A stretch of 64,000 nucleotides of DNA from positions 5,952,001 through 6,016,000 of the forward strand of contig OZ176057.1 of NCBI GenBank assembly GCA_964247055.1, written 5' to 3'. Positions 12,301 through 22,953 of the stretch are shown here, piece after piece. Numbering within the stretch: position 1 is the stretch's first letter; each line of letters opens with the position of its first letter. Source of the stretch: Paragordius varius. Its lineage: Eukaryota; Animalia; Nematomorpha. Below the pieces are notes generated by a model. That model was not told the origin of the DNA. It did no database searches and was given only the letters and a program-made list of their open reading frames with translations. A program made the translations under genes and the position numbers.

Positions 12301-12411
12301 TCGTACACAAACTTTTAAAATTTGTTGTTAAATTTTAGCGCAACCATAGTAGTCAGACGTAACATCTATTATACCCGTCAATTTTCTACCCCCATCAGAT
12401 TGATTTTATAA
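9332..12411 (+). CDS. Secreted single Reeler-domain protein (defense-protein-like)
   Basis: Exons 9332-9533, 10390-10624, 12339-12411, with phases 1 and 2 consistent. Reeler motifs: AFPEGAPTSVCDSMEP..HG, PFRILVS, YKGILLQAR, GRF, ISC..AVTH, FWQAP, FVATIV. The start is uncertain: ATG 9332, or ATG 9248 with or without a 60-nt intron ending at TTTTCAG 9377. Confidence 0.88.
9817..10089. mobile_element. Family A MITE in Reeler intron 1
   Basis: TA|CAGTAAAAACTGAAATTATACGGACAATACGTAAAA left arm; AGTATGGTTGTCTTT...TTTTACGTTTTG...TTTTTACTA right arm. Confidence 0.7.
10755..11063. mobile_element. Family B foldback-type element with 21-bp subterminal repeats (degenerate copy)
   Basis: Left arm built from AAATTCACCC.. 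units, right arm from GGGTGA.TTTGAATTGTTC.. units, and the conserved internal segment shared with the copies at 27.3, 37.8, 42.5, 51.0 and 61.2 kb. Confidence 0.65.
11532..11746. mobile_element. Family C MITE (TA|CAGTCATGTATC ... GATACATGACTG|TA)
   Basis: Perfect 12-bp terminal inverted repeat that extends imperfectly for about 50 bp, TA flanks, and a related copy at 45207-45454. Confidence 0.8.
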
Positions 12412-12554
12412 TTTTACACATTATTTTTTTCCAAACTATTCATTTTTAAGGTTCATTTACTATTGTTTACAAATATTCATTTATACTACCCATAATTAGA
12501 ATTCAAAAAAAATGTTGTCTTTGTTTTACATGGATTTATCTTTCACTTTATTTA

Positions 12555-12750
12555 CAGTATGAGTAAGTATACATTGGTAGAAAGTTATTAATTATTGCCA
12601 AATAGCATATACAACAAAAGGGGCAGTATTATTGTCTTATAGTTATTTTTTTCACTTTTTACTATTATTAGCCAATAATAATTCTCTTTGCTGCATATGC
12701 TATTTGGCAATAATTAATAACTTTCTAGCAATATATATTTACTCAAACTG
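12555..12750. mobile_element. Family D MITE, copy 1 (TA|CAGTATGAGTAAG ... TTACTCAAACTG|TA)
   Basis: About 55-bp imperfect TIRs (AGAAAGTTATTAATTATTGCCAAATAGCATAT / ATATGCTATTTGGCAATAATTAATAACTTTCT) with TA flanks. Confidence 0.8.
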
Positions 12751-13002
12751 TATATTACAGTATGCACATTTAAAGCTGAATTATTCGTATTATAATTGGT
12801 CAATTGGCACAGAGTAGTGCATAGATTAAACAACACAATATTTAAATTAAACAATTCTTATCATACAACATTAATTTGTTTATTTAATTATGGACAAAAG
12901 TTGTTTTATAACCTCCCCTGTATTACAAATTGACCAACAAGCCAGCGTAAATGGTTCATACTGTAATTTAAACTTATACTGCAATATGCGAATATTCAAT
13001 TA

Positions 13003-13188
13003 CAGTATGAGTAAGTATATATTACTAGAAAGTTATTAATTATTGTAGCCTAACAGCAAGCGAATTATATTTGTGGCTAATAATAGTAAAAAGTGAAAAA
13101 AATAACTATAGGCCAATAATACTGCCATTTGTTGTCTATATTTGGCAATAATTAAAGAACAACTATCTATGTATACTTACTCATAATG
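13003..13188. mobile_element. Family D MITE, copy 2, opposite orientation
   Basis: Same termini. Its internal TAATAGTAAAAAGTGAAAAAAATAACTATA is the reverse complement of the internal segment of copy 1. Confidence 0.75.
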
Positions 13189-16100
13189 TATATTCATATA
13201 TATTTTCTTAGCCAAAATTTCCAGGCATGCAAATATGATTGCATTTATTGTTATAAATTTTTTATAATGTCGCATTTTGTTATTATATTATCAAAATTTT
13301 ATGTATGTTTAAAAAATAAATTTTTTTGACTATAAATTTGTAGTATTTAATATGGTTTGAATTGGTAAAAATATTATCGAATTCGATTTAAACATATTAA
13401 CAAAATTACACTAGTCGACAAATTTGGACATTTTTGAGCACCACCACTCAAACTTTTAAATTATGAGAATTTCAGTGTTTTAAAACCGAATGTGAAAAAA
13501 TTTTTGATCCCGCCAATCAGAATTTTGAAATATTATAGGTTTTTCAATTTTTCAAAAACAAGAGAAAATCGAGAGAAAATTAAATATAACTTTATAATAA
13601 AATGTTATTATATTATAAACTTAATACCATTTAATAAAGCGTTTTAAACTGTATCTTGTGAATATAAATGTGTCATTTAAATATCAGAGAGAAAAAAATA
13701 GTACGGACTTAAACGTCAAAATTTAGTCTTTTTCTTTCAAGTGAATTTTGAATACGTATAAAAAATTTTTAAAAAAATACTAAAAAAGGCATTCTATGGT
13801 TTAAACCTTCGGCTTTTAGATAGGCTATATTTTTTTTGTTAGTTTTCGTTCTTTCAAGTACTTTTTAGTCTTTTTTTCTTGAGTTGGTTCTTACAAAAAA
13901 TCCTTTATTTATACCTAGTGGATATACTTTATTTTTTAAAATTATTGGTTGTTTTGTATTTTTAATTTCAGATGAATGTTGTGTAGCCACTTTTAGTAGA
14001 ATTTACTATGGTATTGGACCATTTGTATTTACCTAATCTTTTTATTCAATTTAATTGTAGAATTTATCTAACTTTATTCTGTGAATTGGTTAATTTGACA
14101 TGTCAATTTGCCTGGATTTTGATTGCAAGTCTCTCTTATCGGGCTTTACGATTACTTATTGTTATCTTTGCCATATCTGGCATAATTGGATCGCTTGGGG
14201 GATATGCAGAGCTTGTGCAGCCGCCCGGATCTATCACACTATACATAAGCCCCTTTTAGATTTTTAATACTTTGGCTCTTAGTTTGTTTAGTATCTTATT
14301 TAATGCCTAGAATTTTGTGATTCATGCATAGAATATTAATTGTATCGACTTGTTCGTTTGAATATTCAAACATATATACACGAGGAATGATGGTTATTTT
14401 TAAATTAAATACATTTTTATTAAATTTCGGAAAAATCCTATTGGTGGCCTCAATTTTCTTTTTTGTTTTGGCCTTTCCATGCCATTAGGTATCAGAAAAT
14501 GCAAAAATAATGGGGTGGTGAAAAACCTTGTTGAGCAGTGTTATCAGACAAGCCTTTTCCACATTAATATTATGGAAAAAAATCATATATATAAATTTTA
14601 TAAAGATTACAAGTAGGATAAAACACTATTTACAAAACAATTTTTTAAAACAAGGAATGCCAAAAAATCGCTTCATGGGAGTCGCATTTTTTATTAAAAA
14701 ACAGGCGGGCCGCATATAAAAAGATATAAACTCATGGGCATGAATAACTATTTATTATTAGAGTTAAAAACTAATAAAATACCACTACCAATTTTATTTT
14801 ATCCAGTGATAGCTATTTTGTTAAAAATCGAATCGTCTCCGTATTATTTAGTTTTAAACAAGCGACATATTTTATTAAACATTTGAACATGTTAATTGAA
14901 AACTAATTTTATATCCGTCACATTTTGATATTTGTGCATTTGATTTTAAAACAGCTATTGTTTATTTTCATTCATAAAACAATAGAGACTCTTTATTAGA
15001 TTTATAAAAGGACATGAATGTAATGTATTTACATATTGTAACAAACAACCCCTAGTGTTTATATAAATATAATCGATTGGTAAAAATTAACCGAGTTTAA
15101 ATCACAACTTATAAATTATTAATACTATATCGGCAAATTACAGTTTCTTACATAATTGTTAACAAATATTACGAAACAAAAATTTATAATTGTCGAAAAA
15201 TAGCAAATTAAACACTTAAAACATACCAAGTCAAACAGAGTATGCGGCATCAACAAATGCTCATTTGTTACCAGACAGCACGTTAGTTGAGAGTAATATC
15301 AAAAAAATGACATAGTTTTTATGTTTTTTCTTCCTTATCACTTCATTATTTTTTAGGTCTTGTACCCCCTGAGGGATTTTAAAATAGCTTATTGGGACAA
15401 ATGTAAGAGCTCTCACATTATCTTTTTTGTGGACCATTACATTTTAGGGTAGTTTTTTACCCTTAGAGCTAAAATTGAAAAAAAAACTATTGATATGGAA
15501 GTTGATTTGGTTTTAATTAATTATCAATTCTGTTTTCCTGTATTGGATAAAAATGCTCATCTTTTTACCTTCTAAATCAAAAATTGAAAAACCTCCATTA
15601 AACAAGCAGGTTATTTAAAAATAAATAAATATCAAAAGGTTTCCACAAAATTATTTTTTTAACCATAATATACTTTATTTGCCTGTTGTGCTAATGATTA
15701 AAAAAATGGAGGGGGAAAAGTTTGATTTAAGGAATTTTTTACTCACATTTTAAAATTTATTTTTGAAGCTATGTGCTCAAAAGAAAGCATATTTTTAAAT
15801 TGGATCAAATTATATACCTTTTGAAATACTTATTTAATTAGCTCTGAGTATTCGGTAATAATTTATACTCAGCTTCTGTTTTAATTGGAAGGTTTTAAAG
15901 GTCTTAAACTCATAAAACTGTAAAAATTAAATGCTTATCCATAGTACTCATTTTAATAGTAGCTTAAACACTATAGTAGACATCAACAGAGGATGTATAG
16001 AAATAAGAAAGGAAATAATTTTTTATTCAATATTTTGTCGTTTTTTCCATATTTTACTGTGTTATATATTGCCCAACTATAATGTGAAATAAGCAACCAT

Positions 16101-16871
16101 TAAAATGCATATTGTAATTCAAAAGAACGTTTAAGAATAAAAAAATAATTTCAAACGGTTTTACAAATTCAAAGCTCAGAAACTACTCCAAGTAATCGTT
16201 TGCCAAAGAGAAAACGGTTAAAAAGTGTTATATTATTGTAAATTTCTAAAAAATTAACAAAGTATTTTTATTCATACTCGCTGTATTCATTATTAAACTG
16301 GTCTTTGCTTCGTAATTAATCTCGAAACTTTGTACCTGTAAAAATGAAAAAATAATGATTCTATAATTGAAAAGTGGTATTGAGTATAGAAAAGGTTTAT
16401 CATCTAAAAAAACCTTGCTAATTAAATCAGCCAACTGATAAAAAAAGCTAACAGGCAGTGGCGGAACTATAAATTGTGCCCCCCCCCCCCCCCGCAAGAT
16501 TACTGGCTCCCCATTCCCCCAAAAAAATCGTTTGCAGTTATCTTTTTACAGGCCCTTCACTTACATTCGCAAAGAATATTATATTTAAACCTATCTTACT
16601 ATGAAGACTTAATTCCTTATTCATGAATGGAACAAGTTAAGTGAAGCCTCTACGCTCGTCTGCATGCTCACATATTCTTTCCTATAAACACATTGACAAC
16701 ATATGCGCCGAATACGGGCATACCTAGGAATAGCAGCGGGGAAACTGCTTAAATATAAATTAATTGTTAAAAATATTTTTTCGGAATCAAGATAAATAAA
16801 ATTTTGACAGCTGCTTAGTCAGAATAATAAAATATTTTTTATGTAATATCGCTTTTTTGATATTACAATAA

Positions 16872-16981
16872 CAGGGCTTCGAAAAGGTTCTAAAAAAGTG
16901 GAAATAGAACCGGGCTCTAAGATAAAAATGGAACAGGAATCGGTTCCTAAAACAGTAACCAGGTTCCGGTACGAAGGCTTG
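16872..16981. mobile_element. Small hAT-like MITE
   Basis: Termini CAGGGCTTCG ... CGAAGGCTTG (8/10 inverted match) with internal AACCGG/CCGGTT-type motifs. No TSD could be confirmed. Confidence 0.45.
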
Positions 16982-17629
16982 ATAAATATGTATAAATATA
17001 TTGATTAAATGGAATATAAATGTGCGGACCGCCAAGATTTTTAAATTTGATAATGGCCTGCTGAAAAAAATGCCGACCAATGTTTTATTGTGTGTGGTGA
17101 AAGTTCATCGAAAATTTTATGTTTTACAACTAAAAATAAACTTAAAATAACATGAATCAAAGGTTAAAAACATTAGAAAAATAATGCACATTAATGTATA
17201 TTAGCTAACAAATGTTGGCAATTCACATTAGAATAAAATTGTAAATAACAATCATTCTGTAAAATTGTCCTTAAGGATGTATGCATTAAATAACATTTTT
17301 TACAAAATTAATGTTTTGTTGTAATATGAATTGGCTAACATTAATGTGAGTTGGCCTGCGTTAAATTTTATATTGTTTCAAAATGAGATTATTTGTTAGA
17401 GAATATTGTTATAAATGTTTTTCTTTTTCCCCTCCTTTTTTAGTTCACTATTAAAACTGCCAGAAATTAATTAAGGAACAAACAATATCGTTATGACTAA
17501 AATTTAATTGATAGTGAAAAAAATGCATCTTTTGCTCTTTCCTCCTTTAACTCAATAATATTAAAATTTATAGAACTCATTTCCTCATATTAAATTAAAA
17601 TATGTAATTTGTCTTTCACACTACATTAA

Positions 17630-18154
17630 CACTTGGATTTTCAGTCCTTCGATTCAAATTAAGATGGTTAGATACTTTAGGCTTGTTTGAAATTGAATAC
17701 TACAAAAAATATGGAAGAAATTGAAACCATGGCATTTGCCCTTATATATCATTAATGCAGAATATAAAAAAATTATCCAAAAATATACTTGATATGACTT
17801 ATTTTATGCTAAAAGCCAAAAGTAAAAATTCAGTCAACATGAGATTGTGCATTAGCAAAATTTATAAATAATACAAAATAAACCACTTTTTCTCTGTTTT
17901 ATCAATATATCAAATGAAAATAAAATAGCTTTAATTACTGCTTTAAAATTATATCAACCCGATATTTTGCTAAAATTAAAATGGCGTCAAAATAATTTGA
18001 GATAAAACTTATTTTTCATAACTAAATTTTATTTAAATATTTCGGCTTTTTTTTATAATTTATATTAGGATAGAAGCATAAATATAAATTGGGACCGTTT
18101 CTTTCAGTAGTTTTTTTATAGGGGTATTTAGATAACCCAATTTGAATCGAAGTG
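17630..18154 (+). mobile_element. piggyBac-like non-autonomous element (family E), copy 1
   Basis: TTAA|CACTTGGAT ... AATCGAAGTG|TTTAA. The internal sequence is collinear with the copies at 22298-22844 and, inverted, about 25658-26205. Confidence 0.75.
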
Positions 18155-18224
18155 TTTAAAAACAAAATATATATTTACGCTATTTGAATATATTATTGCA
18201 AATAAGATTTTATTTGTAACTAGC

Positions 18225-19850
18225 GTAAATATCGTGCTGCTACGAAGCCCGAGGAAGTACTTCGGACTTCTCGGGGAAGGGGGAGTCTCAGTTTTAAACC
18301 GGTAGACCCCTATGCATAGGCCTTGAAAAAAGCGCTAAGTTAAATTTTTTGCCTTTATAGGGAAAATATATGGAATCATCTTTGAGACGATATGGGTTAT
18401 TCGAAAAAAACCTCAACACTAAATAATCGTTATATGATGGCTTGTTTTTAGGGCATGAAGGCCCCAAATTAACGGCTAAAAAAGGCCTGACCTTAATTTT
18501 ATCTATTTACTGGTAAATATTTCGAACTTTATATGAGCTCATATGGCATAAATTCTTTAAATTAGTTCCAGCAAAACAACGCAATTTCTGTATAATGGCA
18601 CAGTTTTTGATGGGAAGCTTCCTACCCCGAGGCAGGTATAAAAAAGCGTCGAGCAAATTTTTGTCTTAATATAGGGACTGTCTGCAATTATATTGTCCAT
18701 ATGTTCCTATAAGTTCTTGGAAATATTATGGTGGTGCATTTTTCAGGGCGTGAAGGGCCTAATTAACGGCTAATTGTAAAAACCGCACGATCTAAATTTT
18801 TGCCTTGTTACGGATAATATTTTAAGCAGCTATTGAGCTCATATGGCCTGATAGGTTTTCTGGAAATAGGCCCCAATTACACGCTATATAGATATGACGG
18901 GGCAGTTTTTAGCGAGTATTTCTTTACCTAGCTGCCTATATAAAAAAATGTACTACTAAAATTTTTGCCATTTAACAGGGATACCTGGAATCCTCATTAA
19001 ATTTTTACGGTCTCACTTGGGCAAAAAATAGATTAAAAAATATATGTGGACTTTTGTCATTTTAAAGGGAGATCGGGTAAAAAGAGAGATTAAATTTAAA
19101 ATGGGAGCCGACTATGTTCGGCGCAATCGAAAAGTAAAAAAAATCATATTTGAAATCGAATGGTCCAACACGTTTTCGGGAAAATTGTCTTAAAAACATG
19201 ATTTTTGTGGACTTAGGTTTTTAAAAAACCGTTTTTTATACTGGGTAAGCCCGAACTGGGGGCCTAATTCAAAAAAGGTTTAAGCTATTATCGGGGCATT
19301 CATTAATGATTATTTTTTCGATGTTTGGATTTGAATGGGTCTACCGGTTTTCCGGCACCAGATAACAAAGCCACCACTTTCTATTTTCATAAATATATAG
19401 ATTATTTTAATTTAACAGAGGCAAAAAAATTACATCTATCAAAGAATTTTGTGAATTCTCATAAAACTATAATTTTTAATAACAAAATAATTTAGGACTT
19501 ATAAGCTTCACATAATTTTTGGTGTCAACTATCTATACTTATTTAAATATTTTTTAACTGTTTCACTTTTTTAAGGTGTTAATCAACTTATAATAAAACC
19601 GCTTATTGAGATATTGAAAAAAATTCATTTTTTCGCTTTTTCTTCCTTTCAATCAATAATTATTCTCTTTATTCTTTGCCAGTATACTTACAATCGGGCA
19701 ATCAAACTTACATATCTAAACAAGGTAATATTTTTTGCCCCCGCCAAATAGAAAGGGGGCCCAATATTTAATATAAATAATAAAAAAGGGCCCTTGTTTT
19801 GCCTTGGTCCCCGGCACTGCTTCCCCTAGCTCGTCGTAGTTTCGCCCCTG
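18225..19850. mobile_element. About 1.6-kb non-autonomous hAT-like element with an internal 300-bp duplication
   Basis: The right end ...GCTCGTCGTAGTTTCGCCCCTG resembles hAT CAGGGG termini and is loosely inverted to CTACGAAGCCCGAGGAAG at about 18240. GGGCCC-rich subterminal tract at about 19750-19795. GAGCTCATATGGC recurs at about 18534/18834 and TGAAGG.CC.AATTAACGGCTA at about 18455/18750. No ORF. Confidence 0.5.
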
Positions 19851-20056
19851 CTAACATGCGCATTATCTCATATAGTAAAATACAGAAAAATTAGTTCGCC
19901 TTATATAAAGGCCCAAATTTAAATTTTATGATTTAAATAGCGTATAATGAGATTTATATTAACTCTTATTATCTAATAAATAAAGCTGCTTTAAAAATCT
20001 AAGCTAAGCACCATTTTGATTGTTTTAAAAAATGATATATAAAATAATTTATAAGA

Positions 20057-20062
20057 TTTATT
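20057..20062 (-). promoter_or_regulatory. Candidate poly(A) signal downstream of GatC
   Basis: AATAAA on the minus strand 24 nt after the GatC stop codon. Confidence 0.5.
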
Positions 20063-20085
20063 ACATAAGTATCATAGGAAATTAA

Positions 20086-20442
20086 TTAATCTTCTTTATA
20101 AGCAACAAACAATTCATTTAAATGAATTTTTTGAGCATTTTTAAGAGCATCGCTTTGGCTTAACAAATTGTTTTGAGATGGTACATCGTTATCGTCCGAT
20201 AATCTTGCATATTGATCCTCATACACGTAATACATTGGTTCAATTTTATCATCAATTGTAAAACTTTTAAGCTTTTGTGCACAATTTATTTGGGATAAAA
20301 GAATTTTGACATCCCCGCTACGATTAAGCAAATGATGATCACTAATCTTAAGGTTAGATACGGTGGCTAATTGATAAATTACTTCGTTTGATATAAATTT
20401 TTTAACAAAGCTCGTGGAAATATATAAGGTTCTAGAAAACAT
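20086..20442 (-). CDS. GATC: Glutamyl-tRNA(Gln) amidotransferase subunit C, mitochondrial (118 aa, intronless)
   Basis: Basic, hydroxylated N-terminus MFSRTLYISTSFVKKF resembles a mitochondrial presequence. GatC pattern I..EVI..LA.VS.L, AQKLKSFTIDDKIEPMYYVYED..RLSDD, ALKNA...FVA matches the family (human ITAAVIEHLERLA...DTDGVEPMESVLED...LRSD...LLQNS...YFVA). Confidence 0.85.
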   Translation of the reverse strand: MFSRTLYISTSFVKKFISNEVIYQLATVSNLKISDHHLLNRSGDVKILLSQINCAQKLKSFTIDDKIEPMYYVYEDQYARLSDDNDVPSQNNLLSQSDALKNAQKIHLNELFVAYKED

Positions 20443-20648
20443 TAATCGAAATTTTCACGGATTTGATCTTCAATTTGTTTGACAATTTTCTTTTCGATTG
20501 ACTTTTTCTGTTTTTCAATAACAATCAAGTTTGATTTTTTCGGAGCAATAACTTTCTTTCCCTTTTTCAATGAGACTTGTTTAAAATGTTTGGCTTTGGT
20601 ATTAATTTCTTTTGGAAGTTTAGGTTTTTTCTTAATTCCTTGAACCAT
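20442..20648 (-). CDS. C19orf53: UPF0390 / Leydig cell tumor 10 kDa protein homolog (68 aa, intronless)
   Basis: MVQGIKKKPK...KKGKKVIAPKKSNLIVIEKQKKSIEKKIVKQIE matches the family (human MAQGQRKF...[33 protein letters not shown]). ATG at 20648; TAA at 20444-20442 overlaps the GatC ATG. Confidence 0.88.
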   Translation of the reverse strand: MVQGIKKKPKLPKEINTKAKHFKQVSLKKGKKVIAPKKSNLIVIEKQKKSIEKKIVKQIEDQIRENFD

Positions 20649-22160
20649 GAGGTTTCGTATAATAATCGCAAAAGAGTAAAACAATTGTTATAATAAATAA
20701 TTCATAAAATTACCACTTCATTACCTTTTCATTTTTTGTCCTAATTTACCTTTTGGGGTAGTTTTATATGGGCTCAATTTTGTATATAAACATAATCGTT
20801 TTAAAAAGTACATATATATTACAGTTTTATGACTTCAAAACTTTAGAATTGGGACAGTCTTAAATACGATTGAAACCAACAGCGGTAAACATCAAAATAT
20901 AGCCTGAAAGCTTCTTAAATTTGAATAACTATAATATACATTGCCTGTTGCATTAAAGATTCAAAATATAGATAAAGACGGCTGCATAAAAGTTTAAGAT
21001 GAGGGTTTTTCATTTTAAGACAAAAATTTAATATAATGCGCCCAAACGGCTAAAAAAAGCCTGCATACTTAAATACTTCATATTGTATTTTTTGGTAAAC
21101 CTACAAGATAATGAAGCATTACACATATCACTGCAAATTTTTAATAATTATAAGAAAGGACAATTTAAGGATATATTTCTTTTTTTAAATGTAAAGCTTT
21201 TCGATACAAGGCACACAAAATTTGGGAAAAAGATAAAATACATATTCTTAAATATAATTCACAATTCTCACGGTCGTAAGGGCATACCAGTAAAACTACA
21301 CAATGGCCGCCATAAAAAATATCGTGATTAAAATTCTAAGTTCTGTTGAACAGGGATGGTTCCAGATAATAGCAAAAATTGCGTAAATTTTTTCAAAAGG
21401 CTAAGCTTTCTTAAGAAAATTTTACTATATCATAAACAAGATATATGCTAAACAATTTATATGGATATGTAATTTATATGTATCAAAGAAATATAATATT
21501 TATTTATTTGTCCAAAATAAAGGAGATGTGATTAAGCGCTAAAAATTTTAAAAATGCCAACTTTTGACATTATATATATTTTTATCGAAAAAAAAGGATA
21601 TTTTGCTAGCCAAATTTTGATGAAGTAAGTTTTATGGATTTCGAAAGCATTGTGGAAACGGTCTAAAAATACTTTAAAATAATCACCCTTTTTATTTTGA
21701 TGGTGCTACATTCTATCGATTAAATTCGTTAGTCGAAATATGTTAAATATAAATTCTTTTCACATAAAAAATCTATCAATTTTTAATAAACCACGTTTAA
21801 TTAGATTGTTTTGGCTGTGGAAATGTTCATCATGTTCAAAGAATAGAATTAAAAGTGTATCTCTAATATTTAATAGGCTTTATAACGTTTCCATCATGTT
21901 TCAAAAAGGAAGGAAGTAAGCTTTAACAATTAACTATAAGTAAGTATGCATCTTTTTTATTGTTCTTTTGATATCATAATCTAGTATATAATTAAATTTC
22001 TATCGCAAAATCTGGTATGCTAATATTATCAAAGAACTATCCCATTTTAGAAGGGCATATTTGATACGTTTGAATCTAAAATTTAATTTAAATAATATCA
22101 TTTGCTCTTTATATGTAGCTTATATATCTTTTAATGATAATTTTCAAAAAGAAGCATTTA

Positions 22161-22953
22161 CAGTAAAAATTATATTTAGACGGACAAAACGCAAAAATAT
22201 AAACAGACATCCAAAACCTTTGTTTTTAACATATATATTTTATTACGATAATTATATCGATTTGTCACCAATACACATAATTTTATCCTTTATTTAACAC
22301 TTAGAAACAACTTATTCGTTTTAGTCCTTTGATTCAAATTTTGGTAGTTGGATATCCCAGGCCTGTTTAAAATTAAATAATTCAAAAAATATGGAATAAA
22401 TTGAATCCCTGGCAAAAATTTGCACATATATAAAATTAATGAACCGAAATACAAAAAAAATTCATTCAAAAATACTTGATACAACTTATTTTTAGGAAAA
22501 ACCTCAAGGTAATAATTTAATCGACATGTCATGTATGCATTAGCTAAATTTAAAAATAATACTAACCACTTTGCTGTTTCATGTAAACTAAATTAAAAAA
22601 TATCTTTCATTTTAGCTTTAAAAACAAATTAACATGATATTTTGCAAAAACGTTGTGAAATAAAAATGGCGTCCAACTAGTTTGATATGGAACTTTTTTT
22701 CCAAAACACATAGATATTTCGGCTTATTTATATAATTTTTATTAGGATAAAAGCATAATTGGGACCGTTTCTTTCAGTAGTTTTTAAAAATTTCAACTTA
22801 AATATAGTCTGTGGTATTTAGATACCCCAATTTGAATCCAAGTGTTAAAACAATGATTTATATTTTATAAGGAAAAAAAAGTATGGTTGTCTTTAAAAAA
22901 AATATTGGTCTTTATATTTTTACTTTTTGTCGGTATTAATTTAGTTTTTACTG
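22161..22953. mobile_element. Family A MITE carrying a nested family E insertion
   Basis: Left arm TA|CAGTAAAAATTATATTTAGACGGACAAAACGC and right arm ...TTTGTCGGTATTAATTTAGTTTTTACTG|TA enclose 22298-22844. Confidence 0.7.
22298..22844 (+). mobile_element. piggyBac-like non-autonomous element (family E), copy 2
   Basis: TTAA|CACTTAGA ... GAATCCAAGTG|TTAA with an intact TTAA duplication. Confidence 0.8.

Noticed and set aside
16640-16750. GC-richer stretch considered as a possible snRNA or tRNA
   Set aside because: No cloverleaf, A/B boxes, Sm site or snRNA consensus could be identified; more likely transposon debris next to the hAT-like end at about 16456.
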